Part shown: positions 30,160 to 40,520 of the stretch, piece after piece
Layout: each line of letters opens with the position of its first letter
Numbering within the stretch: position 1 is the first letter of the stretch
DNA from: a virus
Lineage: Duplodnaviria > Caudoviricetes
IMG/VR virus record: IMGVR_UViG_3300030095_005604
Coordinates: 3,448-67,447 of that record
Length of the DNA: 64,000 nt
Strand: one strand, 5' to 3'
The notes under the pieces: model-generated
Databases searched by the model: none
The model's input: the letters and a program-made list of their open reading frames with translations, nothing else
What the model was told of the DNA's origin: nothing
Translations under genes and position numbers: made by a program

Positions 30160-31125
30160 ATGAAAACAGCTTTAGTAACAGGAATTAATGGAATGGATGG
30201 TAGTCACTTAGCTGACTTACTATTAGAAAAAGGTTATAATGTTTATGGTATGGAAAGGCGTTCTTCTTCTAAAAACAGAATTAATACAGCACACTTAGAA
30301 GGAAAAATTACATTTGTTAACGGAGATTTGACAGACCAAAACTCATTAGTCAGGTGTTTAAAAGAATCTAATCCTGATGAAGTTTATAATTTGGCTTCTC
30401 AATCATTTGTTGGTGAGAGTTGGAACACGCCAGAACAGACAGGTGATGTAACAGGACTTGGAGTGTTAAGAATGTTAGAGGCTATTAGAGAGTACGGGGA
30501 AGAAGTTAAATTTTATCAAGCGTCAACATCAGAAATGTTTGGTAGGATGGTTGAAAATCCAGCAAAAGAAACAACACCATTTTATCCTCGTTCACCATAT
30601 GGTGTAGCTAAATTATATGGTCATTGGATTACGAAGAATTACAGAGAGTCTTATGATATGTTTAATGTAAGTGGATTATTATTTAATCACGAATCAGAAC
30701 GAAGAGGTATTGAATTTGTAACTCGTAAGATTTCAGATGGTATAGCAAGGATACAATTAGGATTACAAGATAAGATAATACTTGGTAATTTAGATGCTAA
30801 AAGAGATTGGGGATACGCTCCTGATTATTGTGAAGCTATGTGGTTGATGTTACAACAAGATACACCTGATGATTATGTTATAGCAACTGGTGAAGACCAC
30901 ACTATCAGAGAATTTTTAGATATTGGATTTTCTGAAATAGGTATATCTAATTGGGAAAAGTATGTTGGACAAGATGAAAGATATATGAGGCCAGCTGAAG
31001 TTGCAGTTCTTTGTGGAGATTCTACAAAGGCTAGGAAAAATTTACAATGGGAACCAAAAACTTCTTTTGAGGGGTTAGTAACAAAAATGGTTCAGAACGA
31101 TATAAAACTAATAGGGAGAAAATAA
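30160..31125 (+). CDS. gmd: GDP-mannose 4,6-dehydratase
   Basis: TGINGMDG, NLASQSFV, QASTSEMFG, PRSPYGVAKLY, LFNHESERRG, GNLDAKRDWG. Confidence 0.95.
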   Translation: MKTALVTGINGMDGSHLADLLLEKGYNVYGMERRSSSKNRINTAHLEGKITFVNGDLTDQNSLVRCLKESNPDEVYNLASQSFVGESWNTPEQTGDVTGLGVLRMLEAIREYGEEVKFYQASTSEMFGRMVENPAKETTPFYPRSPYGVAKLYGHWITKNYRESYDMFNVSGLLFNHESERRGIEFVTRKISDGIARIQLGLQDKIILGNLDAKRDWGYAPDYCEAMWLMLQQDTPDDYVIATGEDHTIREFLDIGFSEIGISNWEKYVGQDERYMRPAEVAVLCGDSTKARKNLQWEPKTSFEGLVTKMVQNDIKLIGRK

Positions 31126-31832
31126 TGGGTTACATTTTACCAGAAATATATGAATCATTAAGTTATCAAGTAAGACAAGATTTACCAAAAATATTTGTTG
31201 AGACAGGAACCTATGTTGGTGGTATACCACTTAGGATGTTAGAACAAAATAAAACATTAAAACCTTTTGAGAAGGTATACACAATTGAACTAGGTCAAGA
31301 TATAGCAAAGGTAGCGTCTAAAAGATATAAATTATTTGAAAAACATAATTGTGATACAAATCAATTTGATGTTCATAATATTGAAAAAGATAATTCGTTC
31401 AAAGAATCTCAAGAGTATTTTGACGGTAAACTTAAACTAATAAATGGTGATAGTGCAAAAGAATTAAAAAAATTGTTATCAACAATAGATGAACCTTGTT
31501 GTTTTTGGTTAGATGCACATGCTGGAGCTAGTAAGTATGCTAGAGGTGATATAGATGTTCCTCTATTAAACGAATTGGAAGCAATTAAAAATCATCATAT
31601 AAAAAATCATATAATAGCTATCGATGATATTCACTCATTGGGAAAAATAGAAAAAGATTCTGAAGGTAAGATAATGTGTGATTATAGTAATATTACAAAA
31701 GAATTATTAGAAGAAAAACTGAATGATATAAATTCAGATTATTCAGTACAATACATTAAGCCATTTGGACAACTGATGTTGGTAGCAGCAGTGAATGGTA
31801 CTATAGGAGGGAATGAGTGGTGGAACAAGTAA
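31125..31832 (+). CDS. Class I SAM methyltransferase-like protein
   Basis: FVETGTYVG, TIELG, GDS, FWLDAH, IAIDD. Confidence 0.7.
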   Translation: MGYILPEIYESLSYQVRQDLPKIFVETGTYVGGIPLRMLEQNKTLKPFEKVYTIELGQDIAKVASKRYKLFEKHNCDTNQFDVHNIEKDNSFKESQEYFDGKLKLINGDSAKELKKLLSTIDEPCCFWLDAHAGASKYARGDIDVPLLNELEAIKNHHIKNHIIAIDDIHSLGKIEKDSEGKIMCDYSNITKELLEEKLNDINSDYSVQYIKPFGQLMLVAAVNGTIGGNEWWNK

Positions 31833-32425
31833 ATAAAAAGAGATATTTACATATAGGGTGTGGTAGTAATATATTACCTGAACCTTTTGAAAATTTAGAT
31901 ATTAGAGAATTTGAGGGCGTTGACCATATCTCTCAAGCATATCCGTTGGAATTATTTGAAGATAACACTTTTGATTTAGTTTATGCTTCACATATTTTAG
32001 AACATTACAGCAGAGATGAAATTAGTAAAGTTTTACAAGAATGGACAAGAGTAACTAAAGTAGGTGGTAGAGTGAGAATTTCAGTACCTTCCTTTGAAAA
32101 TGCTGTAAAGATATATCAGAAAACAAATAAGATAGAAAATGTAATAGGACCTATTTCTGGTGGCCAAACATATGATTATGAATTTCATTATTGTATATTT
32201 GATGAAAGGTCCTTAACAATGTTAATGAACAAATGTGGATTGACAGCAGTACATAGATGGTCTTATGAAAGAACAAGTCATACAGATTATTGGGATTTTT
32301 CACAAGCTATAACTTGTGGAGAGCATGTTTCATTAAATTTAGAAGGTAGAAAAAAAGATAATGAAACAACAGAATTTAAAGATTTATTTCAAACTACAAA
32401 AACTAAGATAGGATTAACAAAATGA
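31817..32425 (+). CDS. SAM-dependent methyltransferase (type 11-like)
   Basis: LHIGCG, NLDI, YASHILEH. Confidence 0.85.
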   Translation: MVEQVNKKRYLHIGCGSNILPEPFENLDIREFEGVDHISQAYPLELFEDNTFDLVYASHILEHYSRDEISKVLQEWTRVTKVGGRVRISVPSFENAVKIYQKTNKIENVIGPISGGQTYDYEFHYCIFDERSLTMLMNKCGLTAVHRWSYERTSHTDYWDFSQAITCGEHVSLNLEGRKKDNETTEFKDLFQTTKTKIGLTK

Positions 32426-32832
32426 GTGAAAGAAAATATTTACCAACATTAGCTGAACTTATAGATAGATTATCCATAATACAGCTCAAGGAAGTTTTTA
32501 TATCTGAACATAAAACAGAATATGCAGAAGAAATAAAAGATATTGTACACGACATCGATATGATATTACAAGATGAGAATGTAAAGTTGAGTGGGAAAGA
32601 TGTCAGAGCAATTGTAGTATTGTCACAGATGAATTTACATATTTGGCATAATGAATCAGAAGCAAGAAAAGGAATAAATGCTGGAGAAAATCTTTTACTT
32701 ACTCACGGATTAAATGGTATCAGAAACACTGCTAAAAACATAATACAAGAAAATGTTGGTGGTAGAAAAGATTACAAAATTGATTGTATAGCAGATGAAT
32801 TTAAAGATTGGGAGATTAGTTGGAATGAGTAA
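32422..32832 (+). CDS. Hypothetical helical protein
   Basis: TLAELIDRLSI...NLHIWHNE...RN..KN pattern. Confidence 0.5.
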   Translation: MSERKYLPTLAELIDRLSIIQLKEVFISEHKTEYAEEIKDIVHDIDMILQDENVKLSGKDVRAIVVLSQMNLHIWHNESEARKGINAGENLLLTHGLNGIRNTAKNIIQENVGGRKDYKIDCIADEFKDWEISWNE

Positions 32833-33568
32833 AAAGGTTCTTATCATAGGAGATAGTTGTACAGATGTTTTTGTTTATGGTGACATAAATAGAATATGTC
32901 CAGAAGCACCTGTTCCAGTTATTAAACCAACACATCAAACTGAAAATGGTGGAATGTCTAAAAATGTACAAGAAAATATTGAAGTATTAGGTTATGATAC
33001 TCATATTATTACAAATAACAATGACATCAGAAAAGTTAGATATGTAGATAACAGCTCAAATCAATTAGTTATAAGAGTAGATGAACACGATTATTGTGAA
33101 AGAATTAGTAAAAAACAATTAACTAAAGTGATGGAAAGATGTTATGATGCTATAATAGTATCAGATTATTGTAAAGGATTTTTAACTGAAGAAGATATTA
33201 AATGGATTTGTGAAAATAACAATAATGTTTTTATAGATACAAAAAAGAAATTAGGTGAATGGATTTTAAAAGCTAAATTTATAAAAATAAATCATCTTGA
33301 ACATTTAAAGAATTTTGAAATAATACCAAACTATCCAGAATTTAACGACAAATTGATAGTGACTCAAGGTAGTAAAGGTTGTATTTACAATGGAGAAACA
33401 TTTCCTGTACAAGAAGTTTCAGTAAAAGATGTTTCAGGAGCTGGAGACACTTTTTTATCAGGATTGGTAGTTGAGTATATCAGAACAGGAGATATAAAAA
33501 AAGCAATTAATTTTGCTCAAGATTGCACAACAAAAGTAGTACAAAAATTAGGAGTATCAACAATATGA
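32825..33568 (+). CDS. HldE/RfaE kinase domain (PfkB family)
   Basis: VLIIGD, RICPEAPVPV, SDYCKG, DVSGAGDTF. Confidence 0.9.
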   Translation: MSKKVLIIGDSCTDVFVYGDINRICPEAPVPVIKPTHQTENGGMSKNVQENIEVLGYDTHIITNNNDIRKVRYVDNSSNQLVIRVDEHDYCERISKKQLTKVMERCYDAIIVSDYCKGFLTEEDIKWICENNNNVFIDTKKKLGEWILKAKFIKINHLEHLKNFEIIPNYPEFNDKLIVTQGSKGCIYNGETFPVQEVSVKDVSGAGDTFLSGLVVEYIRTGDIKKAINFAQDCTTKVVQKLGVSTI

Positions 33569-33855
33569 TAATATATGTGGATATAGATGGTACAATTTGC
33601 CATACAACAAATGCAGACTATGAAAATTCAAAACCAAGACACGACCAAATAGATAAGATAAATAAATTATACGATGAAGGACACGAAATAGTTTATTGGA
33701 CAGCTCGTGGTGGGACTACTGGTATTGATTGGAAACTTTTTACAAAAATACAGATTAACAATTGGGGCTGTAAGTATACAAGAATTGAAGAACAAAAAAA
33801 ACCATCATATGATTTATTTATTGATGACTTGTCAAAAAGAATAGAGGAAATATAA
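33565..33855 (+). CDS. Small HAD-family phosphatase
   Basis: IYVDIDGTIC, WTARG, FIDD. Confidence 0.8.
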   Translation: MIIYVDIDGTICHTTNADYENSKPRHDQIDKINKLYDEGHEIVYWTARGGTTGIDWKLFTKIQINNWGCKYTRIEEQKKPSYDLFIDDLSKRIEEI

Positions 33856-34247
33856 TGGGACACAAAATTAAACCAAAAGTATGTGAAGGTTGTAAGGTTC
33901 CGAAAGGATGGGGAGAAGAAATCATCATTGAGAACAATGAAATGTATTGTGGTAAACTTTTGATTTTCAAAAAAGGTTGTAAGTTTTCAATGCACTATCA
34001 TTTAATTAAAGATGAAACTTGGTATGTAGACAAAGGTGAATTTCTTTATCGTTGGATAGATACAGATACAGCAGAAACTATTGAACAAAAATTAAAAGTA
34101 GGTGATGTAGTTAGACAAAGAGTTGGTCAACCACATCAATTAGAAGCATTAACAGATGGTGTAGTATTTGAAGTATCAACACAACACTTTGATGAGGATA
34201 GTTATAGAGTATGGAAAGGAGATAGTCAAAATGAAAGTATGGACTAA
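33855..34247 (+). CDS. Cupin (sugar isomerase-like)
   Basis: VPKGWGEE, SMHYH..KDETWYV, PHQLEA, EVST. Confidence 0.75.
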   Translation: MGHKIKPKVCEGCKVPKGWGEEIIIENNEMYCGKLLIFKKGCKFSMHYHLIKDETWYVDKGEFLYRWIDTDTAETIEQKLKVGDVVRQRVGQPHQLEALTDGVVFEVSTQHFDEDSYRVWKGDSQNESMD

Positions 34248-34617
34248 TGGATGTTTTGATGTTTTACATAGAGGACACATAGAATTATTTAGATATGCTA
34301 GGTCACTTGGTGATGAATTAATTGTTGGTATAGACACAGATGAAAAAGTTAAACAGGACAAAGGTAAAAATCGACCTGTGAATAATTTACACGATAGAAT
34401 GTTTATGTTACAATCAATACAATACATTGATAAAGTTATTCCGTTTGATTCTAAAACAGAACTTGAGAGAACTTTAAAATGGCTTCATCCTTCCATTATG
34501 GTAATTGGTGCTGATTGGAGAGGTAAGGAGGTAGTCGGTAAAAAATATGCTGATAGATTAGTATTCTTTGAAAGATTTGGTGACTATTCAACTACAAAAA
34601 TACTGGAGAAAAAATGA
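34231..34617 (+). CDS. HldE/RfaE nucleotidyltransferase domain
   Basis: TNGCFDVLHRGH, LIVGIDTD, KGKNRP, GADW, YSTT. Confidence 0.9.
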   Translation: MKVWTNGCFDVLHRGHIELFRYARSLGDELIVGIDTDEKVKQDKGKNRPVNNLHDRMFMLQSIQYIDKVIPFDSKTELERTLKWLHPSIMVIGADWRGKEVVGKKYADRLVFFERFGDYSTTKILEKK

Positions 34618-35537
34618 AGATAATAGTTTTTCATCAACCGTTTCCAATGGGTAATTATAAGGTAAATGAAATTATAGCAAATCATTTATCTAAAAAACAC
34701 GAAGTTTATTTACTTCAACAACTAAATGGTGCTACACCAGATATGGATTATGTAACTCAGATTAAAGAATTAAACCCTGATTTAATTTATTTTGAAATGT
34801 TAGATAAAGAAACTTTTGATATAGTAGAAATGTTAGATTGTGAAAAGATTTTATTACAAGCATCTAATGGTATTTTAACTAATTATGAAGATATATTTGA
34901 TTACCATGGTAAATGGTATACAAAAGTTTTAACTAATTCAAAATATATGTATGATAAATTTAATAAAAAAGGTATAACAACAGAGTATTTTAAATATCTT
35001 CCCTCTGTTTTAAATGATTCAGATTTAGTTTTTGATGAAAAATACAATCACGATTCTGTATTCTTAGGTATGGGTTTTCACAGAATGAGTTCCGAAAGTT
35101 ACAGAAAAGATAAAGAAATATTTTTTAATAATTTTGACGGTATTGATTTTAAAATATATGGTAATGGTTGGCCTAATTTTCCACATTGTGGGGGAGTTTT
35201 ACCGGCTGACGATATAGGAAAATTGTACTACTCTGCAAAATCAGCCTTTGGATTGATTGGAGAAACACAAAGAACACATGGACAAATTAATAACAGGTAT
35301 ACAGAAATGGCATACGCTGAGGTACCGATAATAACACAAAATTATGAAACAATAGATTGGTTTGGGGCTGAAAATTATTTAAATTTTGTTGAATCAAGAG
35401 AAGAGGCACAACAAACAATTAACAACATATTAAATAATCCAGAAGTATATAAATCAAAATCACAAGAATTAAAAAAGTTTATTGTGAAAAAACATAACGA
35501 GTTTATAGACAAATTATCACACTTGTTAGGAGATTAG
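34614..35537 (+). CDS. GT-B glycosyltransferase-like (CgeB-type)
   Basis: KIYGNGW, GQINNRYTE. Confidence 0.6.
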   Translation: MKIIVFHQPFPMGNYKVNEIIANHLSKKHEVYLLQQLNGATPDMDYVTQIKELNPDLIYFEMLDKETFDIVEMLDCEKILLQASNGILTNYEDIFDYHGKWYTKVLTNSKYMYDKFNKKGITTEYFKYLPSVLNDSDLVFDEKYNHDSVFLGMGFHRMSSESYRKDKEIFFNNFDGIDFKIYGNGWPNFPHCGGVLPADDIGKLYYSAKSAFGLIGETQRTHGQINNRYTEMAYAEVPIITQNYETIDWFGAENYLNFVESREEAQQTINNILNNPEVYKSKSQELKKFIVKKHNEFIDKLSHLLGD

Positions 35538-36500
35538 ATGAAAATAGCATGGTTTACAGAAGGTAGGTTTGAGGGTAAAGTTCCAAGAAATCATCCAAAT
35601 ATGAGAAATGATATGGCTTGGATGCACACTTTAGATGCACATCATTACCCGATTCTTTCTTTACCTAACATACAAGAAACATATGATATAGGTATAATAA
35701 CTATTCCGAAAGCAAATATCGACCATTATATGCAGATTGATATAGTTAATGAACTTAAAAGAGTCTGTAAAAAGGTCGGGACAATGCAAGAAGGACCACA
35801 TTGGTACTTCCAAGATTTTAAAATGGAAGAACAAATATGGTTCTACAATATGTTAGTTGAATTTGATTTTATATGGTGTCATAATGAAATAGATAAAAAA
35901 TATTATGAAGGAATAACCAACAAAACTTGTTATGTGAATCCTACACTTATGTTAGAAGACCAAATAGATTCACATATTGTTAATCCAGATGCAAGAAATG
36001 GTGTAATGATTGGTGGAAACTTTTGTAGATGGTATGGTGGATTTGATTCTTATATTGTAGCTCAAGAATTTGGAGACGATATATTTGCACCATCAATGGG
36101 TAGAAAAATAGATAGAGAAGATGAGATGGATATTTCTCATTTACCATATATGACTTGGGTTGATTGGATAAATAATCTATCACGATTTAAATATGGAGTT
36201 CATTTAATGCCTACTTGGGCTGCTGGTACATTCACATTGAATTGTGCTTATCACGGTATACCTTGTATTGGTTACAAAGGATTAGACACACAAGAACAAT
36301 TACATCCATCATTGAGTGTTGATTATGGTGATTTAAATGCAGCTAAAATATTAGCTCAAAGATTAAAATCAAATACAGATTTTTATAATAAGTGTAGTAA
36401 AGAATGTAAAGATTTATATGAAAAAAGTAAATTTAAAGAACAAAGTTATATTCAGATAATAAATAAAATATTAACGGAGATTAATACGAATGGGTGTTAA
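35538..36500 (+). CDS. GT-B glycosyltransferase-like
   Basis: AAGTFTLNCAYHGIPCIG; context. Confidence 0.55.
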   Translation: MKIAWFTEGRFEGKVPRNHPNMRNDMAWMHTLDAHHYPILSLPNIQETYDIGIITIPKANIDHYMQIDIVNELKRVCKKVGTMQEGPHWYFQDFKMEEQIWFYNMLVEFDFIWCHNEIDKKYYEGITNKTCYVNPTLMLEDQIDSHIVNPDARNGVMIGGNFCRWYGGFDSYIVAQEFGDDIFAPSMGRKIDREDEMDISHLPYMTWVDWINNLSRFKYGVHLMPTWAAGTFTLNCAYHGIPCIGYKGLDTQEQLHPSLSVDYGDLNAAKILAQRLKSNTDFYNKCSKECKDLYEKSKFKEQSYIQIINKILTEINTNGC

Positions 36501-37467
36501 AGAACAAATAGAATTTTATCAGAGTAGAAATTTTCATTGGGGAGCTAGTCCTGTCCATGGATTATCAGATAAAGAAGTTTGGATTCAGCGTAAAAACAAT
36601 CCAAAAATAAAACTATTTAATGCTATACAAATTCAAACTATAGAATTTTGTAATCTTAAATGTGATTTCTGTCCTAATCATTACATAGTTTGGGATAGAC
36701 AAGAGAAAAAGAAAAAAAAGATACCTTACAACAGAATGTCTTTTGAAAATTATGAAAAACTTTTAATTAACTTAGCAAATTTGGGTTACGAGGGTAGAAT
36801 ATCACCATACTTGATGAATGAACCGTTTATGGACAATGATAGACTGGTTAGGTTTATTGAAATGACAAGACAACATTTACCAAAAGCATATATTCAAATG
36901 AACTCGAATGGTACTAACACTACCAAAGAATTTGTAGGTGACTTGATTGATGCTGGGTTGAATCGTATCCAGTTTGATGATTATTTTAATGATAAATATG
37001 CTATGAAATTATATGAGGCCATTGAACCTTTTAAAGATAATAAAACTTGTCACATCATACTTGCTTCTAATTATAATGTGAGACAAATTCCAAAAAAAGA
37101 ATCAGGTGATGGTAATGCCACAATGGAACCACATTGGGGACCTAATGGTTATTGGAATAGAGGTGGGTTAGTTAATGTTAATCCAGACATACCTGTACCT
37201 CAAAAGGATTGTCATTATCCAAATTCACAGATGTTTATAAAATGGGATGGTAGTGCATTATTATGCTGTTGTGATTGGGAATATAAAGTAGTACATGGTA
37301 ATGTATTTGAAACAAGTGTTGAAGAGGTTTGGACTAATGGTTCATATCAACATTATAGAGATACTTTAAAGCAAGGAAGAAGAGATTTATTACGAATGTG
37401 TAGAAAGTGTAACAAAGGATGTTACCCGAATGAGGAAGAAAGGTTAAAACAGCTAAAAAATGTATAG
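36490..37467 (+). CDS. Radical SAM/SPASM-domain protein
   Basis: CNLKCDFC, NEP, C-terminal C...LCCCD...GNV...CRKC. Confidence 0.88.
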   Translation: MGVKEQIEFYQSRNFHWGASPVHGLSDKEVWIQRKNNPKIKLFNAIQIQTIEFCNLKCDFCPNHYIVWDRQEKKKKKIPYNRMSFENYEKLLINLANLGYEGRISPYLMNEPFMDNDRLVRFIEMTRQHLPKAYIQMNSNGTNTTKEFVGDLIDAGLNRIQFDDYFNDKYAMKLYEAIEPFKDNKTCHIILASNYNVRQIPKKESGDGNATMEPHWGPNGYWNRGGLVNVNPDIPVPQKDCHYPNSQMFIKWDGSALLCCCDWEYKVVHGNVFETSVEEVWTNGSYQHYRDTLKQGRRDLLRMCRKCNKGCYPNEEERLKQLKNV

Positions 37468-37519
37468 TTTACAGAAAACTATTATATTTATATATATACA
37501 AAATAAAAAGAGGTTATAA

Positions 37520-38722
37520 ATGAAACCAATTAGTTTTATACAACCAAGTAGAAACAATTTAAAATACTTGAAGTGGTCTTACAATTCTATCAGAAAGAAT
37601 CTTGGATATGTGCATGAAATATGTATGGCTGATGATTTTTCAGATGATGGGACTTGGGAATGGATGCAAGAGATTCAGAAAAAAGACCCAAATGTAAAAA
37701 TCCACAGAAACGAAGGCCCTACAAGATTAGGACACACAATTCTATACGATACATTGATTAATGATTATGCTACAAATGATATTGTTATGATATATCACGC
37801 TGATATGTATGCTTTACCAGGACTTGATGTAGAGATAAATAAACATATCAAGAAAGGTGTTGTGGTTAGTGGAACAAGAATAGAACCACCATTACATCCA
37901 GAAGGGCCTGAAAAGATATTACGAGATTATGGAATTGAACCTGAAGAGTTTGATGAACAACAATTATTACGAGAATATGAATCACTTAAAAAAGATACTA
38001 CGACAAATGGAATCTTTGCTCCTTGGGCTATAATGAAAGAGGATTTTCAAAGTATTGGAGGGCACGATTCATTGTATGCTCCACAATCAAAAGAAGATTC
38101 AGATATATTTAACAGATTTGTGTTGAATGGATATGAATTAGTACAAACTTGGGAGGGTTTTGTATATCATATGACTTGTAGAGGTTCGAGATTTGCAGAT
38201 GGTGCTAAAAGAAATCCAGATGGACAGGTGTTTATGAAAGGTAGAGAAACAGATGAGTGGTTAAAACAGAATCACAAATCTACTCGTAACTTTATTCGTA
38301 AGTGGGGACATTTTGTAAAACACGACGCTTTACTGAAACCTATTATACCACCAAAGTATGATATTGGATTTGTAATAACTGGTTGTAGAGATGATATATT
38401 GTATGAATTAGAACCTTGGTGTTCAAACATATATGTGGATAGTCCTATTGCCAATAGATATATTGAATCGGAACAATCAGAGACAGATTTTGATTTAAAA
38501 GACAGAGTTAGAACTTTATTTGACAAAGGAAGTAATGATATAACTCTTGAATTTGACGCTAGTGATTTCAATCAAGATAGTTTTAACATCATTACAAGTT
38601 TATCAGAAATACTTGCTAACGATGAAGAACTTGAAGAAGGTGAATTTGAATTAGGTATTTTTAACATAAATGTAAACAAAATAAAAACATATGAAGAGGA
38701 GTTAATTAAATGCGAGTCTTAG
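37520..38722 (+). CDS. GT2-family glycosyltransferase with C-terminal extension
   Basis: ADDFSDDGT, YHADMY, EDSD. Confidence 0.85.
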   Translation: MKPISFIQPSRNNLKYLKWSYNSIRKNLGYVHEICMADDFSDDGTWEWMQEIQKKDPNVKIHRNEGPTRLGHTILYDTLINDYATNDIVMIYHADMYALPGLDVEINKHIKKGVVVSGTRIEPPLHPEGPEKILRDYGIEPEEFDEQQLLREYESLKKDTTTNGIFAPWAIMKEDFQSIGGHDSLYAPQSKEDSDIFNRFVLNGYELVQTWEGFVYHMTCRGSRFADGAKRNPDGQVFMKGRETDEWLKQNHKSTRNFIRKWGHFVKHDALLKPIIPPKYDIGFVITGCRDDILYELEPWCSNIYVDSPIANRYIESEQSETDFDLKDRVRTLFDKGSNDITLEFDASDFNQDSFNIITSLSEILANDEELEEGEFELGIFNINVNKIKTYEEELIKCES

Positions 38723-39609
38723 TAACAGGTGGGGCAGGATTTATCGGTTCACACATAGCTAACAGATTTTTATCAAAAGGATGGGGAGTTGTAGTGCTTG
38801 ATAGTTTAGAGGAAACATCAGATATAACCAGATTAGATGAAGGTATTGATGTTATAATTAAAGAAAGAATGGAAAGTGTAGAAAATTTACCAATAGTTGA
38901 TTTAGTTATAAACTCAGCTGCAGAAACGCATGTTGACTACTCTTTTGATAGACCTAAAGATTTTATAGATGCAAATATATTAGGGTTACACAATATAGCA
39001 AAACATTGTTCAGAGTATAATATACCTTTAATTCACTTGAGTACTGATGAAGTTATTGGAACTGGTGAAGATTTATATGAGGACTCAATGTTGAAACCTA
39101 CTAATCCATATGCATTTACAAAGTGTGCTGGAGAAAACTTATTACATGCTTATGGATATTGTTATAATTTAAATTGGAAGATAGTTAGATTAAATAACAC
39201 ATATGGTAAAAAACAATTTCCAGACAAACTGATACCTAAATTTATAAAACTACTAAACGAGGGTAAAAAACTAACTATACACGGAGAAGGATTGGTAACA
39301 AGAAACTTTTTGCATGTAGAAGATTTTGTAGACGCTGTAGAAGTTGTGCATGAAACTGGTAAAAACAAAAATATCTACAATGTTTCAACAGATGAAGAAT
39401 ACACAATCATCAAAGTTACAGAAATGATTTGTGATACTATGAATTTCAAGATGAATGAAGTTATTAAATATGTAGAAGACAGACCTTTTAATGACCCTTG
39501 TTATCATTCTAAGAGTAATAAATTGAGAGAGATAGGTTGGAATCCTAAAAGAACCTTAAAAGAATCATTACCAGAATTAGTAAAATATTATTCAGAAGGA
39601 GTTATGTAA
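38710..39609 (+). CDS. rmlB: dTDP-glucose 4,6-dehydratase
   Basis: GGAGFIG, AAETHVDYS, STDEV, NPYAFTK, NTYG..QFPDKLIP. Confidence 0.85.
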   Translation: MRVLVTGGAGFIGSHIANRFLSKGWGVVVLDSLEETSDITRLDEGIDVIIKERMESVENLPIVDLVINSAAETHVDYSFDRPKDFIDANILGLHNIAKHCSEYNIPLIHLSTDEVIGTGEDLYEDSMLKPTNPYAFTKCAGENLLHAYGYCYNLNWKIVRLNNTYGKKQFPDKLIPKFIKLLNEGKKLTIHGEGLVTRNFLHVEDFVDAVEVVHETGKNKNIYNVSTDEEYTIIKVTEMICDTMNFKMNEVIKYVEDRPFNDPCYHSKSNKLREIGWNPKRTLKESLPELVKYYSEGVM

Positions 39610-40520
39610 TGGAGAAGTTAAAATGTTTAGTAACAGGTGGAGCTGGTTTCATTGGAAGTAATTTAGTAGACAAATTAATTGAAGAAGGACATCCAGTAGT
39701 AATTGTTGATGATATGTCAACTGGTAAAGATGAAAACATAAACCCTAAAGCTGAAATTTGGTGTGTTGATATTGCTGATGTCGATGAAGATTGGGAAGAA
39801 ATTTTTGATGGAGTGAAAGTAGTATTTCACACAGCGGCTAAAGCAAGAGTTCAACCCTCAATAAAGAATCCTGTAGAGTTTGATAGGACTAATGTTGGTG
39901 GTACGATAAATATGTTAGATTGTTCCAGAAAATATGGTGTAGAAAGATTTGTATATAGTTCTTCATCATCAATTTATGGTAATGTTGAGATTGTTCCTAC
40001 GAAAGAGGAAACAGAACCGAATCCTTTAAGTCCATATGGTTTACAAAAATTAATAGGAGAACAATATTGTAGATTATTTTCAGATTTATATGGCCTCAGT
40101 ACTACTTGTTTACGATATTTTAATGTCTATGGTGAAAGACAACCTTTAGAAGGTGCTTATTGTCTTGTGATGGGAATATTTGCTAGACAAAAAATGAATG
40201 GAGAGCCACTAACTATTAGAGGTAATGGTCACCAAAGAAGAGACTTTACATATGTTGGTGATGTAGTGGATGCTAATCTAAGAGCAGCTTTCAATGACTT
40301 AGTTTTAAAAGGAGAACCATTTAATATTGGTAATGGTGACAATCGTTCAGTAAAACATATAGCTAAATTGATAGGTGGAAAAACTAAAAATGTTGACCCT
40401 GTAACAGAACCAAAAGAGACTCTGGCAGATAATAATAAAGCTAGTTTTTTCTTGGGTTGGGAACCTAAAGGTGATTTAGAAAAATGGATAAAAATTTATA
40501 AGGAGAAACTTGGGATATGA
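39609..40520 (+). CDS. NDP-sugar 4-epimerase (GalE/WbpP-like SDR)
   Basis: GGAGFIGS, SSSSIYG, SPYGLQK, RYFNVYG, QRRDFTYV. Confidence 0.88.
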   Translation: MEKLKCLVTGGAGFIGSNLVDKLIEEGHPVVIVDDMSTGKDENINPKAEIWCVDIADVDEDWEEIFDGVKVVFHTAAKARVQPSIKNPVEFDRTNVGGTINMLDCSRKYGVERFVYSSSSSIYGNVEIVPTKEETEPNPLSPYGLQKLIGEQYCRLFSDLYGLSTTCLRYFNVYGERQPLEGAYCLVMGIFARQKMNGEPLTIRGNGHQRRDFTYVGDVVDANLRAAFNDLVLKGEPFNIGNGDNRSVKHIAKLIGGKTKNVDPVTEPKETLADNNKASFFLGWEPKGDLEKWIKIYKEKLGI

